A DNA stretch of 64,000 bases from Candidatus Obscuribacteraceae bacterium (GTDB taxonomy: Bacteria; Cyanobacteriota; Vampirovibrionia; Obscuribacterales; Obscuribacteraceae), in NCBI GenBank assembly GCA_044226015.1, contig JBGAHS010000002.1, positions 947,435 through 1,011,434 on the forward strand, written 5' to 3'. Below, in pieces: positions 30,377-39,785 of the stretch. Under the pieces are notes generated by a model, which was not told where the DNA came from, ran no database searches, and was given only the letters and a program-made list of their open reading frames with translations. The position numbers and the translations under genes were made by a program. Position 1 is the stretch's first letter, and the number at the start of each line of letters is the position of its first letter.

Positions 30377-32248
30377 TCAGCCAACCAGCTTTCTAGAGGA
30401 TTCATCGCTCAGCTCGGCGGTTTCATTTTTTGATTTAGATTCTGCATGTATTGGAAATTTGAACCAGAATGTACTGCCACCACCATCGGTGGCTCTCACA
30501 GCTATTTCTCCCCTATGCGCTTGCACAATAGCTCTGCAAATTGGCAATCCTAAACCCGTACCTTTTGTTCTTTTATTGCTGGAACTATGAGCTTGGGAGT
30601 ATTTTTCAAAAATTGCTTCTTCATAGCCTTCAGGAATGCCCGAGCCATGATCAATCACCCGCAATTCGGCGAAAGTACCATCCACAAACGTGACAAGCTC
30701 TACTTCACTATCATCGTCTGAAAATTTAATCGCGTTTGAAAGTAAATTGACGATGACTTGAACTATACGATCAGGGTCAGCGTACACATCCCTTTCATCG
30801 GCGCTGCCATCATATTTCAAGCGAACGCCTTGCAGTTCTGCAAAACCGCGCACGGACTCAATTGCACGCTCGACGATTTCGGCAAAGCAGACGTTCCTAA
30901 ATTTCATTGAGAGCTTTCCTGCTTCCATTTTCTCCATGTCGAGAAGATCATTTATTAGCAAGATTAGCCTCGATATGCCGACCTCTGCGCCTTTTATTCT
31001 CTTTTCTGCCACGGGCGTTATAGGTCCATAGGTTCCATTTAAAAGAAGGTCGAGAGTCATTTCCAGCGAGGTCAGCGGGGTGCGCAGCTCGTGTGAAACG
31101 ACGGCAACAAACTCCTGCTTCAAGCGCTCAACTTCTTTCCTGTCTGTAATGTCGTGCGCTACACAAAAGAAAGATTGCTCTTCTTCAGACCATCGAATTG
31201 ACCATAAAGTAAAGATCGGACGTCCATCGCTTGCCAGAACTCTGTTTTCCAAATTGAAAAGAACAGCAGAGCCCCGATTTTTTTCCAGACCATCTTTGAA
31301 TTTTTCGACATCATCTTTGAACAATAAATCCGAAACGTGCTTTCCGATCAGCTGCTCTGGTTGAATACCCCAAACCTGTTGGGAGGCAGGGTTCATAGCA
31401 CTAAAAATACTGTCTTTGCTGATTGAACAAATCACATCCACAGCATTGTCTAAAATAGCTCGTTCTTTTCTTGTTGCTTCAGCCAGGTCTTTTGCCATCT
31501 GATGAAAGGTTCTATCAAGCTGAGATATTTCATCGTCACCGGCAAGCTCAGGCAATAACTCCTCTTTTCGCGAAAGACGCAGTGTGTTGTCCATCAGCAA
31601 GCCTAGCCTGGAAGTAGTGCTGCGATTAAAGTTTATCGTCAGGAAAGCTCCGATGCCGATAGCGGCAGCAACTCCAAATAGAATCCAGGCTTTAACGAAA
31701 GCGCGAGTTCGGGCTTCTTCGGCTGAATTAATGCGATGCTTTGAAGTTTCGTGAGCTACAAGTTCTTCAAGTTTCGCGGTGAAGGCAGCACCAACCATAT
31801 CAAGTTGCTTGTATAAGAGCCCCACTTCCAGCTCGCTAAGCCGCTCTTCTCCTGCGATATGGCGCTCATATCTGCTCATGAGATCCATTCCGGTCAATGA
31901 TATCTTCTGCAATTTTTCAAGTTGCTTTACTTCAACACGATCATCGCCCATCAAGTTCCTGAGCTCAGCAAGATTTTGGTTCGTTCTCTTGATCTTCTCT
32001 TGAAACTTTTGACGTTCTTCATCATCACGCGTGTGCTTAAAGGTTAACAACTGAGATGCCGCATCGTAGTACTGCTTCACCATTGAATTAGCTGACGAAA
32101 TAATGGTTTTGGAATGATCTACTTCTGAGGCTTCTCTTTCTACTTTCTGGAATAGAATGAACAAAGTCAAAAGGAAAATGAGCATGAGCCCAATGGGCAC
32201 GCCAACTAGAATTGCTGCTTTGTGTGAGAGTTTAAGACTCTGAGCCAT
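30377..32248 (-). CDS. Membrane sensor histidine kinase (periplasmic sensor, HAMP, PAS, HisKA, HATPase)
   Basis: Two TMs, DEISQL HAMP, PAS ending HDITDRK, H-box VSHELRTPL, NLLSNAIKF, GTGLGL; start moved to ATG 32248. Confidence 0.93.
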   Translation of the reverse strand: MAQSLKLSHKAAILVGVPIGLMLIFLLTLFILFQKVEREASEVDHSKTIISSANSMVKQYYDAASQLLTFKHTRDDEERQKFQEKIKRTNQNLAELRNLMGDDRVEVKQLEKLQKISLTGMDLMSRYERHIAGEERLSELEVGLLYKQLDMVGAAFTAKLEELVAHETSKHRINSAEEARTRAFVKAWILFGVAAAIGIGAFLTINFNRSTTSRLGLLMDNTLRLSRKEELLPELAGDDEISQLDRTFHQMAKDLAEATRKERAILDNAVDVICSISKDSIFSAMNPASQQVWGIQPEQLIGKHVSDLLFKDDVEKFKDGLEKNRGSAVLFNLENRVLASDGRPIFTLWSIRWSEEEQSFFCVAHDITDRKEVERLKQEFVAVVSHELRTPLTSLEMTLDLLLNGTYGPITPVAEKRIKGAEVGISRLILLINDLLDMEKMEAGKLSMKFRNVCFAEIVERAIESVRGFAELQGVRLKYDGSADERDVYADPDRIVQVIVNLLSNAIKFSDDDSEVELVTFVDGTFAELRVIDHGSGIPEGYEEAIFEKYSQAHSSSNKRTKGTGLGLPICRAIVQAHRGEIAVRATDGGGSTFWFKFPIHAESKSKNETAELSDESSRKLVG

Positions 32249-32337
32249 AATAAACGCCGAATTCGAAGAGCCTAAGCATAGCAAGGCGAAAGATGCCTTA
32301 CAATAACAAAATTGAACGAGAGCGAAAGCATCCCTAT

Positions 32338-33018
32338 ATGGCAAAAATTCTAATTATTGAAGATGACAAACAGCTGTCAATGTTGATTTGCGACTTTCTT
32401 CAAGGCGAAGGTCACACAGCAGAGGCAGTCTATAAAGGAAAAGAGGGACTGGAAAGGCTTCTCTTCTATAAATACGATGTTGTTATTCTCGATTGGGAGT
32501 TACCCGAACTTTCTGGACCAGAAATTTGCAAGAGGTATCGCGAGAAAAGCGGAAACAGCCCAATTCTCATGCTAACGGGAAAGAAAGAGCTTGAGGAAAA
32601 AGAAACAGGGCTAGACTCTGGCGCTGATGATTATTTGACAAAACCATTTCAGCTTCGTGAGCTCGCCGCGCGCTTACGAGCGCTTCTGCGTCGCCCTGCA
32701 GTAGCAAGTTCACCCGTACTCAAAGCAGGAAATATTAGTTTCAACCCAGCCAGCAGGCAGGTGTTCAGAGATGATCTTGAACTCACGATGCAACCCAAAG
32801 AAATCGCCTTACTCGAATTTTTCATGCGCCATCCAAACGTTCCATTCAGCGCAGATGCAATTATGGATAGGGTCTGGCCGTCCGAATCGGATGCAGCACC
32901 AGATACGGTGCGAATTCAAATCATGCGACTTCGAAATAAGCTAGACATCGACGGCAAAGAATCAATGATAAAAACAGTGCACAGAGTAGGCTACATGTTT
33001 GTTCCGCCCGAGGTATGA
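32338..33018 (+). CDS. OmpR-family response regulator
   Basis: ILIIEDD, ILDWELP, GADDYLTKPF, winged-helix ending IKTVHRVGY. Confidence 0.95.
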   Translation: MAKILIIEDDKQLSMLICDFLQGEGHTAEAVYKGKEGLERLLFYKYDVVILDWELPELSGPEICKRYREKSGNSPILMLTGKKELEEKETGLDSGADDYLTKPFQLRELAARLRALLRRPAVASSPVLKAGNISFNPASRQVFRDDLELTMQPKEIALLEFFMRHPNVPFSADAIMDRVWPSESDAAPDTVRIQIMRLRNKLDIDGKESMIKTVHRVGYMFVPPEV

Positions 33019-33136
33019 CAAGCGAAGGAAGCCTAACAATATATAAAACTGACAAAATGAGTCAACACAGAATGCTAGGATTTGCAGTTCAGCTTGAGGC
33101 AACGCTTCGAACTTCATCTAGCTTGAGGATAAATAA

Positions 33137-33589
33137 ATGGCAGTCAAACCAATTCCAGAAGGGTATCACAGCTTAACCCCATATTTTGTGGTTGATAACG
33201 CAATCAAATTCATCGAATTCGTCGAAAAGGTTTTCGATGGCAAAGTTTCAGAAAGAATGATGCAGGAAGACAAAGTTAGGCACTGCGAAATGCAGGTAGG
33301 CGATTCCAAAATGATGGTAGCTGACTCGATGCCAGAATATCCGGCAAACCCAATGATAATGTACCATTACGTCGCCAATGTCGATGAAGTCTACAATAAA
33401 GCAATTAAAGCCGGTGCCAAGTGCATCTCGGAACCAGCAGACATGTTTTATGGAGATCGCCACGGTGGGGTAATCGACCCCGTGGGAAATAAATGGTGGA
33501 TCGCTACACGCATTGAAAACGTCAGCGAAGAAGAACTGAAAGCTCGTGCCGCAAAACACCAGCAAGGCAGCTGTGCTTCAACAAAATAG
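33137..33589 (+). CDS. VOC family (PhnB/glyoxalase-like) protein
   Basis: PIPEGYHSLTPY, DMFYGDRHG.V.DP.GN.WWIAT. Confidence 0.9.
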   Translation: MAVKPIPEGYHSLTPYFVVDNAIKFIEFVEKVFDGKVSERMMQEDKVRHCEMQVGDSKMMVADSMPEYPANPMIMYHYVANVDEVYNKAIKAGAKCISEPADMFYGDRHGGVIDPVGNKWWIATRIENVSEEELKARAAKHQQGSCASTK

Positions 33590-33641
33590 ATCTGAGAATT
33601 AGTTCGCTGAAAGCGCTAGCTCTATAAATCAAAGACATAAC

Positions 33642-33669
33642 AAAACGGAAGCCCTGAGGCTTCCGTTTT
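33642..33669. terminator. Bidirectional intrinsic terminator
   Basis: Perfect 12-bp stem aaaacggaagcc-ctga-ggcttccgtttt between convergent genes. Confidence 0.88.
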
Positions 33670-33685
33670 CACATTTTCTAGTGCG

Positions 33686-34147
33686 CTACGCCAGCTTTAT
33701 CAATTCTCTGAACTTCTCGGCACTGACACCATATTCGGTGAATATTTTTTCAGCGCCACCACTAAAAGCCTCAGCCAGCCCCTGCAGAATATGCTCTGTT
33801 CCAATCTTGTCTTTACCCTCAGCTTCAGCCACCGCAAGTGCACATTCGAGAGTCCTATTAACATCATCTGTAAAAGGAACTTCAACACCGACAAACTCGG
33901 TTTCGGCCGCATACATTTTGGAAATTTTCTGACGAATCTTCGAGGCGTTCAGCCCCACTTCATTAATGACTTTTGCGGTCCGGGCGCTGACACCTGGCGT
34001 CAACAACCCCAGCAAGAGTTGCGCAGTATCCAAGTGCTTCAATCCTGCCCTGCGCGATTCTTCTTCGGCGGCAAGTATTACTTTCACCGCCTGTCCATCC
34101 AGCTTATCGAAAACTTTAATTCTCGGTTCACAGCCGTCGTTCGACAA
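33686..34147 (-). CDS. Stand-alone Clp protease N-terminal (double Clp-N repeat) domain protein
   Basis: AEEESRRAG..HLDTAQLLLGL and PFT....LE.A...A......IGTEHIL repeats; no AAA+ module. Confidence 0.85.
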   Translation of the reverse strand: MSNDGCEPRIKVFDKLDGQAVKVILAAEEESRRAGLKHLDTAQLLLGLLTPGVSARTAKVINEVGLNASKIRQKISKMYAAETEFVGVEVPFTDDVNRTLECALAVAEAEGKDKIGTEHILQGLAEAFSGGAEKIFTEYGVSAEKFRELIKLA

Positions 34148-34295
34148 TTTTGCACCTCATGCAAGCTCAGCCGTTAATTTTAGTTGTGGCGTTAGCTTGC
34201 TTCAAGCTTTTTGATTAATTGGCAAGTATTTTCACTGAGTTCCAAATAATAGGTTATATAGGTAATAGGTCGTCCCTTATTCACGAGCTACAAAA

Positions 34296-35513
34296 ATGGT
34301 TGTAAGACAAATCAAATCCAATTCTCGAGGCGCAGCCAACACGGGCTCAGTCCTTCTGGGACTGGGACTTGGTCTAGCTATTTCTGGTGCATTCTGGGCC
34401 GGACATGAGTTCTGGCCCCAACAAAACAAAGCTCAAACGGCTGCGGTCGCTCCAGCTCCGAAGATGGAAAATGTAAGCCCAAAATCGCTTGCCAACAGTG
34501 GCAACAATTTCATCGCTGACATCGTGGCTGCAGCCAGCCCGAGCGTTGTGAACATTGACACAAGCACAAGCGTGACAGTGCCAGCTCACGGCATTCCGCT
34601 GGGCATCGAACAGTTTTTCTTCCAGGGTGAAGACTTGCAAGCCCCGATGCGCAAATATGAGAGCCATGGCGCAGGGTCCGGGGTGATCATCCGCGCTGAC
34701 GGTTACATCATCACTAACAACCACGTAGTTCAGCAAGCTGACGACATTAAAGTCACACTTAGCGACGGCCGCACCTTCAAAGGAAAGGTCATCGGAAAAG
34801 ACAAGTTCACTGATGTTGCTTTGATTAAAATTCCAGCTACTGGGCTTCAAGCTGCCAAACTCGGCTCCACACAGATGATTCGCCCAGGAGACTGGGCTAT
34901 CGCTATCGGCAGCCCGCTAGGCTTGAGCCAGAGCGTGACACTGGGGATTGTCAGCGCACTCGGACGATCACTTGGCGACATCAACTCAGTCGACCTGATA
35001 CAGACCGACGCCGCCATCAACCCTGGAAATTCCGGTGGACCGCTGCTCAACATTAAGGGCGAAGTGATCGGAATTAACCAAGCCATAAGGCGAGATGGAC
35101 AGAACATCAGCTTCGCCATACCAATTGATATTGCGAAGAACATCGCAGAACAATTGATGAGCTCAGGATCGATCAAGCATGCTTACCTGGGAATCAGCAT
35201 GGTTGATATGGAACCCAAAATAGCAAAACTTGTTGGACTGCCGGAAGACACCAAAGGAGTTTTGATTGGAAAAGTCGAAGATGGCAGCCCTGCCCAGAGA
35301 GCAGGACTTCTCCCTAAAGACGTGTTACAGCGAATTGATGGCAAGCCAGTCGGCAGCTCAAAAGAGGTTCAAACCCTTGTGAGAATGCATAAACCTGGCG
35401 AAAAACTAGACATGGCTTTATTGCGCCAGAACGAGGTAGTGCTGATACCCGTCAAGATAGGCGACTATGAAGAGCTTAAAAGCCAGGAACAGCAAGCAAT
35501 TCAGATTCCATAG
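34296..35513 (+). CDS. htrA: HtrA/DegQ-type serine protease with one PDZ domain
   Basis: N-terminal TM; TNNHVV, DVAL, IQTDAAINPGNSGGPL; C-terminal PDZ. Confidence 0.93.
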   Translation: MVVRQIKSNSRGAANTGSVLLGLGLGLAISGAFWAGHEFWPQQNKAQTAAVAPAPKMENVSPKSLANSGNNFIADIVAAASPSVVNIDTSTSVTVPAHGIPLGIEQFFFQGEDLQAPMRKYESHGAGSGVIIRADGYIITNNHVVQQADDIKVTLSDGRTFKGKVIGKDKFTDVALIKIPATGLQAAKLGSTQMIRPGDWAIAIGSPLGLSQSVTLGIVSALGRSLGDINSVDLIQTDAAINPGNSGGPLLNIKGEVIGINQAIRRDGQNISFAIPIDIAKNIAEQLMSSGSIKHAYLGISMVDMEPKIAKLVGLPEDTKGVLIGKVEDGSPAQRAGLLPKDVLQRIDGKPVGSSKEVQTLVRMHKPGEKLDMALLRQNEVVLIPVKIGDYEELKSQEQQAIQIP

Positions 35514-35601
35514 TCGATCCTGAAATGCCTTGCAGGTTAATCCAAAAGATATCTGGGATAATGCATTCGTTTCAATTTGCTTAGACCCAAAGGATATCAA
35601 G

Positions 35602-36657
35602 ATGTCTGCTTGCTGCACAAAAGAATCTCAATACTCAACCCCTGGCAATGGCAAGGAACAGAGTGATGCTGCCCTCAAGACAGTAAATGGAGAAGTCAGA
35701 CACGACTGGACCAAAGAAGAAATCGGCGCAATCTATAACTCGCCTGTTTTGGAATTAGTCTTCACGGCAGCAACAGTTCACAGAAAGTACCACGACTCTC
35801 GTGCAGTTCAGCAGTGCACTCTACTATCAGTGAAGACTGGCGGCTGCTCTGAAGACTGCGCTTACTGCCCACAATCTGCTCGCTATGAAACTGACGTCAA
35901 AGCAGAAAAGTTGCTCGACCCTGAAACAGTGTACATGGCAGCAAAGCTCGCCAAGGAAAGCGGCAGTACAAGGTTCTGTATGGGCGCAGCCTGGAGAGAA
36001 GTGAAAGACAACGAACAATTTGACCAGGTTATTTCAATGGTTGAGAAAGTCAAATCTCTCGACATGGAAGTATGTGTAACTCTCGGCATGCTAAATCTCG
36101 ATCAGGCGCAAAAATTGAAGGATGCAGGCGTACACGCCTACAACCATAACCTTGACACCGGTGAAGGTTACTATTCAAAAATCATCAGCACACGCACTTA
36201 TCAGGACCGCTTAAACACTCTGAAAAATGTTCGTGAAGCTGGCATCACAGTCTGTTGTGGTGGCATTGTTGGAATGGGAGAAAGCGATGAGGATCGTGTT
36301 GACCTGATTCACACTCTTGCCACGATGGAAGAGCATCCAGAATCAGTTCCAGTGAACGCTCTGGTTGCTGTAGAAGGCACTCCTCTAGAAGAAAAGGCAC
36401 CAGTAAATATCACTGAGATGCTTCGCATGATCGCCACTGCTCGCATAACGATGCCGAAATCGGTGGTCAGATTGTCTGCCGGCAGACTGCAAATGTCACT
36501 AGCAGAACAGGCGCTCTGCTTCATGGCTGGTGCAAATTCCATATTCGCTGGTGATAAATTGCTGACGACTTCCAACCCGGAATTCGACGCAGACAAAGCG
36601 ATGTTTGATATGCTTGGCTTAAAAGCAAAAACACTGGAGCACGCCGCATGCAGCTAA
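35602..36657 (+). CDS. bioB: Biotin synthase
   Basis: Radical SAM CSEDCAYC, RFCMGAAWR, YNHNLDT, VRLSAGR, GANSIF.GDKLLT; start moved to ATG 35602. Confidence 0.97.
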   Translation: MSACCTKESQYSTPGNGKEQSDAALKTVNGEVRHDWTKEEIGAIYNSPVLELVFTAATVHRKYHDSRAVQQCTLLSVKTGGCSEDCAYCPQSARYETDVKAEKLLDPETVYMAAKLAKESGSTRFCMGAAWREVKDNEQFDQVISMVEKVKSLDMEVCVTLGMLNLDQAQKLKDAGVHAYNHNLDTGEGYYSKIISTRTYQDRLNTLKNVREAGITVCCGGIVGMGESDEDRVDLIHTLATMEEHPESVPVNALVAVEGTPLEEKAPVNITEMLRMIATARITMPKSVVRLSAGRLQMSLAEQALCFMAGANSIFAGDKLLTTSNPEFDADKAMFDMLGLKAKTLEHAACS

Positions 36658-37700
36658 GTCCTATTTCCGAAATCAGAAAGCTCAAACAGATCTCGTTAAG
36701 CTTACTTCTTGCGACAAGTGTCTCTGCTTCATTTGCGATCTGCACGTTTGCAGAAGACACGCCACCAAAAGACGAGAAAGCAAAAACTGGTGAACAACCG
36801 CTGTTTCCGTGGGCACAGCCAGGCGGAAAAGAGACTTCTGACAAAGAGAAGGAAAAAGAGGAAGAGGACGAGGACAAGCCACCGGTAGCACCTGTAGTGC
36901 CACAGAAGCCAGCAACTCCTCCGCCGAAACAGGAAGATGATCCTGAAAAAGCCAGAAAATTCAAAGCACAACTGCACGCATTTGAAGCGGGAAAACTGCT
37001 CAAGCAAAACAACTACCATTATGCTGCAATCGAATTTAAAGCAGCATGTGGTTTCGAGCCCGAAAATACAAACTATGTTTTGGGTTATGCAAATGCTGCG
37101 CACAAAGCTAACAACTGGGCTGATGCAATCGATGCCTATACAAAACTGCTGAAGGCAGACCCGACACACAAAGAAGTGCACAAAACCATGGCAGAGTGCA
37201 TGCAAAAACTTGGCAGATATGATGAGGCTGTGGCAGCTTACAGAAAGTCTCTTGACTTCGAAAAGGACAAGGCTGAGATTTGGCGACGAATCGCCTCTAT
37301 TCGCACCGGACAATCCAAACAGCAAGAAGCTATGGACGCATACAAGAGTGCCACAAAATGTGACCCTAGCGATGCAGCATCATACAAAGCACTTGCATCA
37401 ATGCAGTGGAATAATGGCAACAAAAGTGGTGCCCTGCAGACGTACAGAGAAGGTATAGCACACGCTAGAGATCGCGATTTGTCGGCAGCATATGCTTATG
37501 CACTCATGAGCAATCAGCAGTGGCAAGAAGCAGCTGACGCCTATATGGCTGCAGCCAAAATCGGTGGCACCACGCCACAAATCGATGCCGGGTACAAGAG
37601 CGCCATGGAGCACATTGCCTACGACAAGCAAATGGCCCAGCGCAAAGCCGAAGCCGACGCAAAACGAGAAGCCAAACTGCATCCGCTGCGAAGCAAATAA
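36648..37700 (+). CDS. Secreted tetratricopeptide repeat protein
   Basis: Signal peptide, Pro/Glu/Lys linker, about 6 TPR-like units (e.g. LGRYDEAVAAYRKSL). Confidence 0.85.
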   Translation: MQLSPISEIRKLKQISLSLLLATSVSASFAICTFAEDTPPKDEKAKTGEQPLFPWAQPGGKETSDKEKEKEEEDEDKPPVAPVVPQKPATPPPKQEDDPEKARKFKAQLHAFEAGKLLKQNNYHYAAIEFKAACGFEPENTNYVLGYANAAHKANNWADAIDAYTKLLKADPTHKEVHKTMAECMQKLGRYDEAVAAYRKSLDFEKDKAEIWRRIASIRTGQSKQQEAMDAYKSATKCDPSDAASYKALASMQWNNGNKSGALQTYREGIAHARDRDLSAAYAYALMSNQQWQEAADAYMAAAKIGGTTPQIDAGYKSAMEHIAYDKQMAQRKAEADAKREAKLHPLRSK

Positions 37701-37721
37701 TTAGAGCGGTCGCCCGATAAT

Positions 37722-38012
37722 CTAGCCTTTGATCTGCAGCTTCTTCGGAACTTTATGCTTCTTTTTGAGTGCTTTCACTAGATCAAAACAATCGTCAATT
37801 TCTAAGTTGCCGACGTACTTGTCCATACTTTTCACTTTGGCAACGGGACCCCGTCCGCACTTTCCTAAGCATTCCGACTTTTTGAGACAAATTCTGTCTT
37901 CTGCCTCATAGTCATCGAGAGCCTCTTCCAAGGCATGAAGGATCTCACGGGCCCCACGCTTCTTGCAGGTCTTCCCTTCTGTACAAACTATCAATTTCAA
38001 CTTCGTTGACAT
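37722..38012 (-). CDS. Thioredoxin-like [2Fe-2S] ferredoxin
   Basis: VCTEGKTCKKRGA...CLGKCGRGP cysteine pattern. Confidence 0.85.
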   Translation of the reverse strand: MSTKLKLIVCTEGKTCKKRGAREILHALEEALDDYEAEDRICLKKSECLGKCGRGPVAKVKSMDKYVGNLEIDDCFDLVKALKKKHKVPKKLQIKG

Positions 38013-38169
38013 ATCCAAATTATAGACAGGAAACTCTCAATTTATTGAGAATAATGTCAATTTAGAAATGAGAAAATTGCCAGAATTGTCAAGCGCCGCT
38101 CAGCCATTGCCAACAAAGCGTTTCTTGGGTGAGAATGATGATAATTGGCTTCATCTAATCAGGAACCAC

Positions 38170-38592
38170 ATGAGCAATTTCTTTATTGCTTCGCTAGAGG
38201 AATTGAAGGGTCTAATAGACTTCAGCCCAGGCATGGGAACCGGCATAGGCGGCATAGAGGTAGATCTCCTCATGCTCTGCAACCTTGAAGCAATACTCAC
38301 TGGCATAGACTGGGAATCAGTCTTCGACAAAGACTACATAAATCCTATAACTGATGAAGGTCCTGATGGTCCCTGGGTGTACAAAGTCTCAGAAGGACTA
38401 CTCGAGGCATTGAAACGATTGAGCCCAGATGCAGTGCTGAAGACTGCTAAAGAATGGGCAGAAACAGATGAATGGACGCTGCGAGAAAACGAACCTCAGG
38501 AAAACATTGCAGCAGTCATTCAAAAACTCGCAAGCATGGCCAAGAAAGCTAAATCCGAAGGCAAAAGCATATTTATAAGAACGGAACCATGA
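38170..38592 (+). CDS. Hypothetical acidic protein (possibly YfbM/DUF1877-like)
   Basis: 140-aa ORF with AGGAA RBS before ATG 38170; GPWVYKV...W...EW...LASMAKKA. Confidence 0.7.
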   Translation: MSNFFIASLEELKGLIDFSPGMGTGIGGIEVDLLMLCNLEAILTGIDWESVFDKDYINPITDEGPDGPWVYKVSEGLLEALKRLSPDAVLKTAKEWAETDEWTLRENEPQENIAAVIQKLASMAKKAKSEGKSIFIRTEP

Positions 38593-38653
38593 GAATCAGA
38601 TCTGAGCGAAGCAAGCAAAGCTCATAATCATGAATCGACCCGAAGGGCAGAGC

Positions 38654-39190
38654 CTATTTCTTAGCGTAGGCAAAAAGCGCATCGCTGAGCACTGTACGCA
38701 ACGGGTCAAAGCCCTGCTGAAGCATTTCTTTGTAGGCTTCATCCACAGTCCAGTTTTGAACTTTGACGCGATAAGTAGCTAGCATAAAGCCAGTTCGCTC
38801 ACGCCCATGCAAACAATGAACATACATTGGCAGATTTGTGTCATCAGCAAACAAAGATACAAAACGATCAATATCTTCAAAGCCAGGGGCATTCACACCG
38901 TCCAGCGAAATATTCAAAAACTTCAGACCAATGCGATCGCACACTTCCTGCTCTTCGTCGATTTCATCGTCGTCAGAATGCCTGCGAAAGAAGCTGTATG
39001 AGCTGGCTGGCTTGGGAGAGTTCTTACTGTGATGACGCAGATTCACAACTAGCTTTACCCCTGCTTTTTGCAATAAGAGCAGCGCATCTTCATCAGGCTG
39101 ACTACCGCGCAGCACCGCTGGCGATACCATCATAAAATTGACCAGGTAGTCTTCCGCGTCCTTTAATGCGTCTTCATCTAGTTGACTCAT
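38654..39190 (-). CDS. Cys-based tyrosine/dual-specificity phosphatase family protein
   Basis: CX5R loop YVHCLHGRERTG; RGSQP; VVNLR. Confidence 0.9.
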   Translation of the reverse strand: MSQLDEDALKDAEDYLVNFMMVSPAVLRGSQPDEDALLLLQKAGVKLVVNLRHHSKNSPKPASSYSFFRRHSDDDEIDEEQEVCDRIGLKFLNISLDGVNAPGFEDIDRFVSLFADDTNLPMYVHCLHGRERTGFMLATYRVKVQNWTVDEAYKEMLQQGFDPLRTVLSDALFAYAKK

Positions 39191-39461
39191 ATCTATTCCA
39201 GCCCAAAAGTGACATGTCGCTACAAGTTATGCCCAGATGAACTAATAATTCATCAAACATCAGCTCAATTTCAGATTTAGCCAATCTCTTGCCTGAGCAC
39301 AAAAACGCTCGCGTGCCAAACATTTCAAGCATCTGATCCGCCTCTCATCTGAAAGCTTAAGTATGTTAATAACTGATCTTGAAGCTAGATGAGTTGGCTA
39401 AAAGGCAATACAGTTACAAAGTGCTATTATCAACGCTGCTCCTGCTGGAGCTGTTCCTATC

Positions 39462-39785
39462 ATGGTGTCTATAACGATGTTAAACAAGCCAGTGCAAGTC
39501 CTCAACTCTGTTTTAGGTGCAGCCCTTTTGGCAGCGACGCAACTTTATGTCGGCACCGCAGCTGCGCTAGCAAAAGACCCTCTGGAAGCAGCCCAAGACC
39601 TTGCCGGAACCAATAATTCTGACCCCAATGGATTCACTCTGATGATCGTAAGCATCGGAATGTTGTTTGTGTTTGCTATTACACTAATAGTCGCGACTTC
39701 AGTGCACGTCTTCAAGAAAAAACCACAACGCCAGGGGCTCCGTCAGCCAAGCGCTAGTTATACCAGTTCAGCAGCTCAACGTTAA
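39462..39785 (+). CDS. Hypothetical small membrane protein
   Basis: Signal-like segment ending AAALA plus a TM helix followed by KKKP; 32-nt convergent overlap with moeA. Confidence 0.6.
   Translation: MVSITMLNKPVQVLNSVLGAALLAATQLYVGTAAALAKDPLEAAQDLAGTNNSDPNGFTLMIVSIGMLFVFAITLIVATSVHVFKKKPQRQGLRQPSASYTSSAAQR

Noticed and set aside
35521..35600. BirA operator upstream of bioB
   Set aside because: Only a weak dyad around GATATC; does not match the BirA operator patterns I know
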